A stretch of DNA of 64,000 nucleotides from Phycisphaerae bacterium (GCA_029260015.1 JAJDEB010000034.1:49546-113545), one strand, 5' to 3'; shown: positions 1 through 8,441, counted from the first letter of the stretch. The notes: generated by a model from the sequence alone, not told the origin. Program-made: numbers and translations.

Positions 1-1
1 A

Positions 2-793
2 ATTCGTTCGGCGCTCAAGCGGGCCAACGATGCTATCGACAACAATTTTGCATTGGTGCCCGAAGGCAGCGCGACGCTTCCAATGACGATCAACGACGCT
101 CCGGGCTGTCCGGAATTGGAAGTCGAAACGAATTCGTATGTGCTTTCCAAGAATGCAATCACCAACGCGGAATTTCAGAATTTCGTCGATTGCGGCGGCT
201 ACGAGGAACTCGAATTCTGGCCGCAGGACCTGTGGACGCACCTCATCGATTTTGTCGATTTGACCGGTTCCGCCGGGCCAAGGTTCTGGAGGGGCGGACG
301 TCACAACAAGCTGCTGGCCGACCACCCCGTCGTGGGCGTCTGTTTTTATGAGGCGTTGGCGTTTGCGAAATGGGCAGGCTTCCGATTGCCGACAGAATCA
401 GAGTGGCAAGTGGCGGCGAGTTGGCGCATTCGAAGTTCGGCGTACATATTGCGACGGTACCCGTGGGGCGATGCGCTGGACCGATCGCGCTGCAACATCT
501 GGTCAAGTGGATTGGCGACGACGGCACCGGTGACCGCATTCAAAGCCGGTGAAGCACCCAATGGCGTCTCGCAATTGGTTGGTAATGTTTGGGAGTGGAC
601 GGACTCAGATCTGGAACTGTCCGACGAACAAGATCGACCAATCGTCGGAGACATGTTGATGAAGAGCATTCGCGGTGGGGCGTATGACACATACTTCCCG
701 GCACAGGCCACCAGTGGATTTAGAACCGGCCTGGCCAGTCTTGTCCGCGCACACAATGTTGGATTCAGATGTGCAATGGACATCAGGGGATAG
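2..793 (+). CDS. FGE-sulfatase/SUMF1 (C-type lectin fold) domain protein, 5'-truncated by the window edge, probably non-catalytic
   Basis: Frame is open from position 2. Motifs ITNAEFQNFV, HPVVGVCFYEALAFAKWAGFRLPTESEW, YPWG, GNVWEW, RGGAY and NVGFRC are present. The catalytic Cys pair of true FGE after RGG is absent. Confidence 0.9.
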   Translation: MRSALKRANDAIDNNFALVPEGSATLPMTINDAPGCPELEVETNSYVLSKNAITNAEFQNFVDCGGYEELEFWPQDLWTHLIDFVDLTGSAGPRFWRGGRHNKLLADHPVVGVCFYEALAFAKWAGFRLPTESEWQVAASWRIRSSAYILRRYPWGDALDRSRCNIWSSGLATTAPVTAFKAGEAPNGVSQLVGNVWEWTDSDLELSDEQDRPIVGDMLMKSIRGGAYDTYFPAQATSGFRTGLASLVRAHNVGFRCAMDIRG

Positions 794-845
794 CTTGAAA
801 GATTCTGCGCCGAGGGGTTCGGCGTAGTGTTTGGGAGACACGACG

Positions 846-1727
846 ATGGCAACGACATATGCGCAGGCGACAACCTGCTTAATCTGCAACACAGAGAACA
901 CAGCCGAGGCGATGCTGTGTGGTTCGTGTTCTGCGCCGATGTCCATCGTTCATGATTCCATCGCGCAACAACGTAACCCCCAAGTCATCACCATTGTCGG
1001 AGAGAGCAACGTCGGTAAAACGGTATATTTGGGATTCCTGCTGGACATGCTTTCGCAGCGGGCGGGTGAATTCAAGGCCGTTCCCAAAGGAGCCTATAGC
1101 GTCGATTTGCAGCAGACCGTTGTGAACTACATGGCCCACCGCATGTTCCCACCCAAGACGCCGATGGAACCCAACGAGTGGTATTGGGCCTACTATCAGA
1201 TCTGCAAAATGCACGATCAGAACCAACAGTGGTTCGATCTGGTCATGCCCGATATGGCCGGCGAATCGCTTGCTGCTGAAATCGCGACGCCCAAAACCTT
1301 CAAGGTCATCAACAGTCTGATGAATCAATCTGAAGGTTTAATCGTACTGATTGATGCTGCGCAAGCTGCGAACGGTTCGACGCAGCCGGATTTTTTCGCC
1401 CTTAAGATGATGAGCTACATCGATGCGATGTCAGGTGGCCAGCGCGAACAACGGGTCAAGACACCGACGGCGGTGGTACTTTGCAAAGGTGATTATTGTC
1501 CGGAGGTATTCGACAACCCCAGCAGGTTTGTCGAAGCCAACCTCAACCGCGTTTGGAACATGTGCGAGTCACGTTTTGAAAACGTTGAATTCTTCGCGTC
1601 CAGTGTCGTGGGGTCATTGGGGTATGCCACGTCTGGGCACGCAGACGATTATGTGGTTCCTGTTCCTTTGCATACCGCGCTTCGCGGCGTTTTGGAGCCT
1701 TTTGAATGGATCACCGATCAGTTGTAA
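846..1727 (+). CDS. TRAFAC-class GTPase with N-terminal zinc ribbon (double-GTPase/ternary-system type)
   Basis: Zn ribbon CLIC...CGSC; G1 GESNVGKT; G2-like PPKT; G3 DMAGE; G4 CKGD; G5-like ASS. ATG 846 follows GGAGA; the ORF track starts at 831. Confidence 0.8.
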   Translation: MATTYAQATTCLICNTENTAEAMLCGSCSAPMSIVHDSIAQQRNPQVITIVGESNVGKTVYLGFLLDMLSQRAGEFKAVPKGAYSVDLQQTVVNYMAHRMFPPKTPMEPNEWYWAYYQICKMHDQNQQWFDLVMPDMAGESLAAEIATPKTFKVINSLMNQSEGLIVLIDAAQAANGSTQPDFFALKMMSYIDAMSGGQREQRVKTPTAVVLCKGDYCPEVFDNPSRFVEANLNRVWNMCESRFENVEFFASSVVGSLGYATSGHADDYVVPVPLHTALRGVLEPFEWITDQL

Positions 1728-2917
1728 ACCATCAGTCGGATGCCCGCCCGAGTAACTTCGTTTCTGCCAAAATGCATCCATCCGGCCAACAATCACCATT
1801 CGGGTCGGAACATTCTTGCGCGCCAAGAATCTTCGAGATCGAATGTGATCAGGCGATTTTCACGTCGCAAAGGTCGCCGATGGGAGAAGGCTACCGTATC
1901 GTCGCGGCCAGCCCGGGAATTCGTCCCGACGAAAAGGCTGAAATCACGCGACGTTCGCCATCGCATGGATCGCTGGCGGGCGATTCACCACAGAGTGAAG
2001 GCATGCTTGCCTACCCGTTGCCTTCGGGACGCTACTGCATCTGTCACTGTAAATTCGATGGTGCGGAGCACACGGCACGGGGCGGTCAACGCGTCAGGAC
2101 GCACGCGGCAATTCTTGATCCGAAGGGCTTTCGCAAGTTTGAGGATAATCCGTTCTGGGTCGATCAGTCGCTTGCAAAAGTGCCCGTCGAAGCCGCACGG
2201 ACATTTAATCCGACGATGGGGCGGCTGCACTTGAAGGCTTCGGATCGGTACACACCGCCCAGGCACTTAGCCACATCCACCGGGCCTGATATTTTTCTAA
2301 GGGTTATTCGATCGCTTTTGGGTGACGAGCCATGCATTCTTGCATCGGTTCCAGAAACCCGCCCGACACTGCAATGGGCGCTGATGATGATTCCCGTATC
2401 GATGCGGAATAAGCGTTCGTTCTCGGTAGGGGTGAAGTTTTCACTGACGCGCAACTTGACCACGACGATTATCCACCATGATCTCGAACGGGTACACCAG
2501 ATGGTAGCGGGCCAAACGATCCAGTGGCGCGATCTTGGTGTTGCTGCACCCGTGCGACAAGACCTTTGCGCTGAGTGGCTGGGATTCATTGGCCGCCGCG
2601 CCGACCAAAGCCGACTTGTCGAAGTTGCGAAGTTGACCAATCAAATGACGGAACTCGCGACGCAGATTTCGCTGGCCCGGGTGGCAAAACTTTCGCTCGA
2701 CCGCGACGCAGCGGACACTTGGGATCGCAGCGTACTTATTGAATTGCAAAACGACTACAACAAGTTCTCCGCCCGCGACGAAATTGAATCGCGACTGACG
2801 ATTGATATTCGCGAATTCGTCGAGCAACGGTTGGCTGACGTTGAAGAAACGCTTCGCAAAGAGAAGGAAGCCAAGAAAAAGGCGGCAGCGAAACAGTCCG
2901 AACCGACGCGATTGTAG
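1706..2917 (+). CDS. GTPase-associated protein, GAP1-N2-like N-terminal domain with helical/coiled-coil C-terminus
   Basis: QAIFTS...GEGYRIVAASPGI and GAEHTARGGQRVRTH resemble GAP1-N2. Lies directly downstream of the GTPase. Start uncertain (1706 or 1772). Confidence 0.6.
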   Translation: MDHRSVVNHQSDARPSNFVSAKMHPSGQQSPFGSEHSCAPRIFEIECDQAIFTSQRSPMGEGYRIVAASPGIRPDEKAEITRRSPSHGSLAGDSPQSEGMLAYPLPSGRYCICHCKFDGAEHTARGGQRVRTHAAILDPKGFRKFEDNPFWVDQSLAKVPVEAARTFNPTMGRLHLKASDRYTPPRHLATSTGPDIFLRVIRSLLGDEPCILASVPETRPTLQWALMMIPVSMRNKRSFSVGVKFSLTRNLTTTIIHHDLERVHQMVAGQTIQWRDLGVAAPVRQDLCAEWLGFIGRRADQSRLVEVAKLTNQMTELATQISLARVAKLSLDRDAADTWDRSVLIELQNDYNKFSARDEIESRLTIDIREFVEQRLADVEETLRKEKEAKKKAAAKQSEPTRL

Positions 2918-2942
2918 AGTTGAATGGTCATTCGCCCAGCGC

Positions 2943-3446
2943 CTACAAAGCGTCAAATGCCGCGTGGTAACGAATCGAACCGGTTCGATTTTCAAGCGAA
3001 CCCGCCCGAAGTTCGAGGATCATGAACGTGTCATTCGGTACGTCGTAGGTGCAATGAATCCCGTGCTGCGATGCCGGCTGAAATCCGAATCGCGGATAGT
3101 ATTCGGGATGACCCAGCACCACGACCGCATCGAAGTTTAGTTTACTTACCGCATTCAAACCCTCTCGAACCAGACGTGAGCCTACCATTTTTCGTTGACG
3201 CAAGGGCGTGACAGCCATCGGCGCGAGGCCCATCGCTTTAAATTCCGGTTGATCTTCCAGCGTGACCGGTGAAAACATGATGTGCCCGACAACCGCACCG
3301 TCGATCGTCGCCACAAGTGAAACCAACGGCGCGGCATGCACTCGGAGTCGATCCACCAAATCGGCCTCGGCGGGGGTGCCGAATGCGGCCATGTTGACAT
3401 TGCGGATGGCGTCAATGTCGCTGTCGGTTTCAGTTCGAACGTGCAT
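2943..3446 (-). CDS. GNAT family N-acetyltransferase (YhbS-like)
   Basis: EADLVDRLR, VVGHIMFSPV, LAPMAV..QRKMVGSRLV, VVVLGHPEYYPRFGF. Confidence 0.9.
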   Translation of the reverse strand: MHVRTETDSDIDAIRNVNMAAFGTPAEADLVDRLRVHAAPLVSLVATIDGAVVGHIMFSPVTLEDQPEFKAMGLAPMAVTPLRQRKMVGSRLVREGLNAVSKLNFDAVVVLGHPEYYPRFGFQPASQHGIHCTYDVPNDTFMILELRAGSLENRTGSIRYHAAFDAL

Positions 3447-4557
3447 GAGCGGAGGCTGACCGTGGCTTTCGAATGATGAAACTCGCAAGGAAGATGAGGC
3501 CCAAAACGAAGATGGCGAGGCAGATGACCTGCGAAATCGTCAATCCGCCGAACTCGCGCGGGTTGTCGGTCCGGATGAATTCCATCGTGACGCGGTTGAT
3601 TGGATAGATAATCATCGCCCATACCAGCACCGTACCATGTCGATACCGTCGCCAAAAAATCGCCGACAGCACCATGAAAAGAAGCGTCAGGGCAATGAAG
3701 TCATAGAGCTGTGCAGGGTGAACCCAGTTTGTGTGCTGCTTCTTGGCGAGTTCGTGCAAGTCATGCCAAGTTGTTTGGGCAGTTTCGGGTTTGGCATTCA
3801 GCTTCAGCAAATGGACTGCGGCGGCCTCTCTGAATTTGTTGACGGGCCCGATAGATTTTTTGGCATCGGCATATGCTTTGGACGCCGATTGCAACTTTTG
3901 GTTTTTCAAATCTCCGGTTCGGGCTTGATTAAAGGCAAATGCAGCCGACACATAGTTTTTCAATGCTTCGTCGGAATCAATGTCATCGATGGACAGGATC
4001 GGCAGGGGGATGGGCTCTTTCTTCTTCGACTCCGGACTTTTCCAGATTAAAGATTCCGGAATCTTTCCGCGTCCATCCTCCCAGTCATCAATGTACAACG
4101 GACTGAAATATGGGAATTGAATCGCCCAGGACAAGGCACGCTCGCCGGTTTCGGTCTGGCACATTCCGCCCCAGCAACATCCAAACATCAGGCAACCTAG
4201 GCGGCCCATGCCCATCGCCAGGATCAGCGGCGGGATCGCTGCATCCAGATAGGCGAGAATACTTCGCTTGGTGATCCAGAGGTAGCCCAGCGCACTGCCG
4301 ACTCCCAAAACAACACCACCGATGACTTCGCGGCCACCAAAGTTTTTGTAATGAATGAAGTACATGAGCGGACCACCGATCAATCCGCCAATCATGCCGA
4401 TCAGAGTCAGGTTCGTCATTACACTGGGGTCAAGGCCAGTGAGTCGGGCCCGTCGTCTGGCGATGAACAGGGCGATGACAAAACTCAGCCCGACGATAAA
4501 GCCCCAAGTACGAATCGGAAAGTTGATGCCCGGTATGGTCCAAAGATGTGGATGCAA
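3430..4557 (-). CDS. lgt: Prolipoprotein diacylglyceryl transferase (Lgt) family protein with large insertion
   Basis: MHP...IRTWG N-terminus, GRLGCLMFGCCWG, HPAQLYD, RVTMEFIR, GLTISQ; multiple TM segments. Confidence 0.8.
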   Translation of the reverse strand: MHPHLWTIPGINFPIRTWGFIVGLSFVIALFIARRRARLTGLDPSVMTNLTLIGMIGGLIGGPLMYFIHYKNFGGREVIGGVVLGVGSALGYLWITKRSILAYLDAAIPPLILAMGMGRLGCLMFGCCWGGMCQTETGERALSWAIQFPYFSPLYIDDWEDGRGKIPESLIWKSPESKKKEPIPLPILSIDDIDSDEALKNYVSAAFAFNQARTGDLKNQKLQSASKAYADAKKSIGPVNKFREAAAVHLLKLNAKPETAQTTWHDLHELAKKQHTNWVHPAQLYDFIALTLLFMVLSAIFWRRYRHGTVLVWAMIIYPINRVTMEFIRTDNPREFGGLTISQVICLAIFVLGLIFLASFIIRKPRSASAHARSN

Positions 4558-4567
4558 GAATCTGTTT

Positions 4568-4609
4568 CCAGTCGATAATTACGAGTTGCCAGTCGATAAT
4601 TACGAGTTG
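4568..4609. repeat. Perfect 21-bp tandem direct repeat (CCAGTCGATAATTACGAGTTG x2)
   Basis: Copies at 4568-4588 and 4589-4609 in the divergent lgt/glycosyltransferase intergenic region. Confidence 0.95.
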
Positions 4610-4697
4610 ATTGATGGGTGCATCGTAACCGAGATGCGCGAAATTGGCGATGTCAATCTCGTTGACGTGGGAGTCGATGATCGACTAGAACACGTCG

Positions 4698-5846
4698 ATG
4701 GAATCGCTTCAAATCATCGCGTTCGAGCCTTACTACGGCGGATCGCACCGTGCGTTTTTGGACACTTGGATGGCGTCGAGCGTGCATCATTGGGAAGTGT
4801 TTACGCTGCCGGCTAGGCATTGGAAATGGCGCATGCGGGGTTCGGCGATCTGGCTTGCCGATCAACTCGCGGACGCTCCGGCGGGGCGGTATGACCTCCT
4901 GTTCACCTGTGACATGACGTCGGTGGCTGATCTGAAGGCCCTGCTGCCGGTTCAATTCCAGAGCATCCCCATCATCTGTTACTTTCATGAAAACCAGCTT
5001 ACGTATCCGTTGTCGCCGAATGATTGGAGGGATTTTCAGTTCGGATTCACCAACATCACGTCCGCCCTGGCGGCTGATGCGGTTTGGTTCAATTCAAAAT
5101 CGCACATGAACGCCTTCCTAGAAGCGTCGGGCGCCATGCTCAAGACCATGCCCGAGAATTTAGCCGGTGACGTCTTGCCGAAAATCGCAGCGAAATCCAG
5201 CGTGCAATATCCACCCGTCGAATCGCCTCCGAATTCAGTTTGCGGAACCGGCGGGGCGGACAGGCCTGTCTCAAATGGGCCTCTGCGTATCCTGTGGCCG
5301 CACCGTTGGGAGTATGACAAGAATCCCAGACCCTTCTTTGACGCCCTTCTGAAGCTTCAGGAGGAGGGGGCTGAGTTTGAATTGGTAATGTTGGGCGAGT
5401 CATTTCGAACCGCCCCGCCGGAATTCAAATCCGCACTATCCAGACTTGAATCGCATGTTCACCATGCCGGATTCCTGCCAAAGCGCGAGGATTATTGGGG
5501 TCTCTTGCAAACCTGCGATGTGGTCGTCAGCACGGCGATTCAGGAGAACTTTGGGTTGGCGGTCGTCGAGGCGATGCTGGCCAGCTGTGTCCCGGTCCTA
5601 CCCAACCGCCTGAGCTATCCGGAATTGTTAGCCCACACGCGCGATGCCGAAGTATCCAATATCCAATTCCTGTATGACGACGACACTCAACTCAAAGACA
5701 TCCTCCGAAAACTCTGCAAGTCTCATGTCACTGAGAGCAGCCGAACAGCAGTCGCAACACTTCGCGTCAACCTGAATGAGCGATTCGGCGCGACACTTCA
5801 AGTACCGCGTTTAGACGCGTCGCTCGCTCAATTCCGCGGTCATTGA
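4698..5846 (+). CDS. GT-B glycosyltransferase with DUF3524 N-terminus (GTDC1/QTMAN-like)
   Basis: EPYYGGSHRAF, LPARHWKWRMRG, YFHENQLTYP, WPHRWEYDKNP, STAIQENFGLAVVEA, PNRLSYPEL. Confidence 0.85.
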   Translation: MESLQIIAFEPYYGGSHRAFLDTWMASSVHHWEVFTLPARHWKWRMRGSAIWLADQLADAPAGRYDLLFTCDMTSVADLKALLPVQFQSIPIICYFHENQLTYPLSPNDWRDFQFGFTNITSALAADAVWFNSKSHMNAFLEASGAMLKTMPENLAGDVLPKIAAKSSVQYPPVESPPNSVCGTGGADRPVSNGPLRILWPHRWEYDKNPRPFFDALLKLQEEGAEFELVMLGESFRTAPPEFKSALSRLESHVHHAGFLPKREDYWGLLQTCDVVVSTAIQENFGLAVVEAMLASCVPVLPNRLSYPELLAHTRDAEVSNIQFLYDDDTQLKDILRKLCKSHVTESSRTAVATLRVNLNERFGATLQVPRLDASLAQFRGH

Positions 5847-5968
5847 TTGCCATTGAAGTTCCAAGAATCCCGGTTGGCGAGCACCCAGTGGCGCACGAAC
5901 GACTTTTCAAAGAAGAGGAAGGAGGCCTGCTGTATCCCCAAAACATCCCTTTCGTTTGCCGATTTCTA

Positions 5969-5996
5969 ACGTCCGATAATATATATTATGTTGCAT
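5969..5996. other. dif: dif site (XerC/XerD chromosome dimer resolution site)
   Basis: ACGTCCGATAA-TATATA-TTATGTTGCAT has the 11-6-11 layout of E. coli dif (GGTGCGCATAA-TGTATA-TTATGTTAAAT) and B. subtilis dif (central TATATA). It is AT-rich, intergenic and lies between convergent genes. Confidence 0.85.
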
Positions 5997-6108
5997 TCAA
6001 AGTAGGGCGGTTGGATGGTCGCGGCGCATTAAGCATTGGGGTAATTCCCTGGTTTCTGTCTCAGAATGCCCCGTGTTCGGACTTGAGGCCTGTATCTGGG
6101 CGTTTGGC

Positions 6109-6735
6109 TTATGGTGTTGCCTGGCTGAATTCCTTGATCACCGTACCGCTGCGGACAAACGAGATGCCTTGGTCGGCGCTGGTGTCGATCATGACGGATT
6201 CAACGATGGGATTGGTGACGTTTTCGCTGGAAGACCATTCGACGAGGAAGTTTGCACCGCTCCCGCCGGAGGTGTCGCTTCGTTTGACCAGGAATTCGGC
6301 CGTCGCCAGCGGGCCCAGGCGGAGGGGTTTGGCCAAGTGCGATTTGACTTCGTTGCCTTTGGTATCGAAGTACCGAACAGATTGAATGGCGATCCCATGG
6401 TCGATGCTCGTATTTCGGACGCTGAGCGTCACAGTCAACAGATGTGGATCTCCATCCTGATGATAGACGTGGGAATACGCCGGAACGTAAATGGTCTGTC
6501 CTCGAAGTGGATTGTCTGACGAGGGACTTTGGTCTACTGACGCGGTGGATGGAGATTCGTCTGATTCGTCGCTTGGGCTTTGAAAGCGAAGGTGTTTTTC
6601 AAACGTATCGAGGCGTGAGTCGAAATACTTCGCGTACACAAAAAGCGCGACCCCGCCGGCAACGAGAACCACCAGGACGACCACCAAGGCTCGCCGCAAG
6701 AAGAGATCGACGTCATTTGATTCGAGATTATCCAT
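6109..6735 (-). CDS. DUF3124 domain membrane-anchored protein
   Basis: N-terminal TM; GQTIYVPAYSHVY, TVTLSVRNT, YFDTKG, GGSGANFLVEW, PIVESVMI. Confidence 0.85.
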   Translation of the reverse strand: MDNLESNDVDLFLRRALVVVLVVLVAGGVALFVYAKYFDSRLDTFEKHLRFQSPSDESDESPSTASVDQSPSSDNPLRGQTIYVPAYSHVYHQDGDPHLLTVTLSVRNTSIDHGIAIQSVRYFDTKGNEVKSHLAKPLRLGPLATAEFLVKRSDTSGGSGANFLVEWSSSENVTNPIVESVMIDTSADQGISFVRSGTVIKEFSQATP

Positions 6736-6831
6736 CCGTCCCTCGCGGCCAATGTCGAGGCGAACACTGCAGATCGTCCCAAATATAACCACCATAAGTG
6801 ATTGGCATGTGGCTGAATTCCAGCCGGGCGA

Positions 6832-7116
6832 TTACCGCTGGCTAAGTTCAGACTTGTCGAGGATTGCCGACTTGCCGCTCCTTCTGTTCAGCCCGTAAAC
6901 GAGCAGACGTTCGGTGGTGTTATCCACAAGGTAGATCAGTTCGGCGTCGCGGGTGACCCGACCGATCGTGACGGTGAACGCCCCGCCATAACTGCTGACA
7001 TTTCCAGCATATGCCGGTTTGGTGGCGACTGAGCCTGTCACGATAATGCCGACCAATAGGATGACGGCGGTAATCGTTAGGACGCCGATCGAGATGTTTT
7101 TTGCGTTGGAACTCAT
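6832..7116 (-). CDS. Small exported/membrane hypothetical protein
   Basis: N-terminal hydrophobic helix ending in AYA, followed by beta-rich ELIYLVDNTTERLLVY. Confidence 0.7.
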   Translation of the reverse strand: MSSNAKNISIGVLTITAVILLVGIIVTGSVATKPAYAGNVSSYGGAFTVTIGRVTRDAELIYLVDNTTERLLVYGLNRRSGKSAILDKSELSQR

Positions 7117-7187
7117 ATATGTGACCTTTCGGATCATTGCTTCAATGATTGTCTGTCAACGTCAGCTAAAGACACTGACCGGTGGAC

Positions 7188-7478
7188 CTACTGGCGGCCG
7201 AAGTCGCGATTCAGATTGCGGGTGTCGGTCCAAACCAACTTGGCAGCTGCACTGGTTTCACGCGGCACAAAAATGTGCATCGCACCAAGTGGTACATTGA
7301 TGATGGCCAGGGCGTCGTAGTCCTCATGGATTTGGACGGTGGCCATCAGAAAGTCTCCTGCACGACCGCCCCGTCCCTGGGCGTTTGCGGTTGGCGGATC
7401 GTAACTCGCTAGAATCAAACAGGCGAGCAGGAGCAGATTCAGACCCACGAGCCCGACGATAATTGATTTCTTGTTCAT
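7188..7478 (-). CDS. Small exported/membrane hypothetical protein, possible paralog of its neighbour
   Basis: GGAGA SD; MNKK followed by a hydrophobic helix and ANA-Q cleavage-like site; GDFLMATV...DALAIIN. Confidence 0.7.
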   Translation of the reverse strand: MNKKSIIVGLVGLNLLLLACLILASYDPPTANAQGRGGRAGDFLMATVQIHEDYDALAIINVPLGAMHIFVPRETSAAAKLVWTDTRNLNRDFGRQ

Positions 7479-7568
7479 AAAGTTTTCTCCATCGCACAAG
7501 TTTCAGCTTCGCATGGTAATGCGCGGGTCAATTTGATGCATCTGGCATATGCGGTCGAATGCAAACCA

Positions 7569-7769
7569 CTAATCCTGATGCGAGCGCTTGGCGTTCTTAA
7601 ACAAGATCGCTCCGCACAAAACGAAAATCCCGATCGACGCGACCCACTGCCATATTGGTTTCTGATCAGATGGTGCCGTCGCTGGTCTCAGTTCAGCTCG
7701 CGCCAGCGAGGCGAACACCAACGTGCTGGCGAAACACAGACACTGGCAATATCGATTGAGTTTTGACAT
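7569..7769 (-). CDS. 66-aa protein: signal peptide, short linker, TM helix and basic tail (KNAKRSHQD)
   Basis: ASLARA signal-like end; WQWVASIGIFVLCGAILF TM segment. Confidence 0.6.
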   Translation of the reverse strand: MSKLNRYCQCLCFASTLVFASLARAELRPATAPSDQKPIWQWVASIGIFVLCGAILFKNAKRSHQD

Positions 7770-7835
7770 GGCTTGAAAAACTCCGTGCTCATAAACCGTC
7801 AGCAAGTCTTGCAGCACCAAAGACTACTAGTTCAA

Positions 7836-8396
7836 TTATAGACCTGCACCGGATGCCCGTAAACTGTTGTTTCCTGTCAGCGTGTTTCCTGTCAGTGATT
7901 GGATGGGGGTGGCCATCGTTTTGAATTGCTTGGTGGGGACAGTCACGGTGTCCCACTTTTCTGAGCGAGGTCTACAGGCGTCCTTGTATTCGTCAAGTGT
8001 GACGCACATAAAGGCGTACGTCTCGTCGCGAAACGGATGCAGATGATGCGTTGGGAGACGCGAACCCAATTCTGTGATGTGGTAGGCGAAAATGAGCATC
8101 GACACAAACCCATCGCCAAAAGTCGATTGCCACTGCGTCAGCCCGTCAAGATCGTCGCGGGTGATCCAATTCTCCCAATACCGTCTCTTACCGTCGTGGT
8201 CATAAGGGAATTGCCGCCCCTTGATATCCACAAGCCACTTTTGACCGCCGGCACCGTAGACCAGAAAGTCGAATGATTTAACCCGATTGCCTGCAAAGAT
8301 TGCTTTTCGACTCTCATCGACTGCGACGTACGGCTGACCTCGTGACCGAAGATAGTCTTCGAAGGCGGCTTCGTAATGGATGTGGCGGCGCGTCAT
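7836..8396 (-). CDS. HYExAFE family protein (predicted PD-(D/E)XK nuclease fold)
   Basis: HYEAAFEDYLR, YVAVDE, KSFDFLV...LVDIKGRQFP, WENW. Confidence 0.85.
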   Translation of the reverse strand: MTRRHIHYEAAFEDYLRSRGQPYVAVDESRKAIFAGNRVKSFDFLVYGAGGQKWLVDIKGRQFPYDHDGKRRYWENWITRDDLDGLTQWQSTFGDGFVSMLIFAYHITELGSRLPTHHLHPFRDETYAFMCVTLDEYKDACRPRSEKWDTVTVPTKQFKTMATPIQSLTGNTLTGNNSLRASGAGL

Positions 8397-8441
8397 CCGG
8401 CAGTCCCATTATACTAATTCTCAACTACGTTGATTCCCCGG

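Noticed and set aside
660-793. FGE/C-lectin C-terminus as a diversity-generating retroelement variable region
   Set aside because: No template repeat or reverse transcriptase is visible in the window. It cannot be excluded elsewhere in the genome.
4568-4609. CRISPR array
   Set aside because: Only two abutting units, with no spacers and no cas genes.
5843-6385. 180-aa plus-strand ORF
   Set aside because: It runs across the dif site and antisense to the DUF3124 gene, and has no recognisable motifs.
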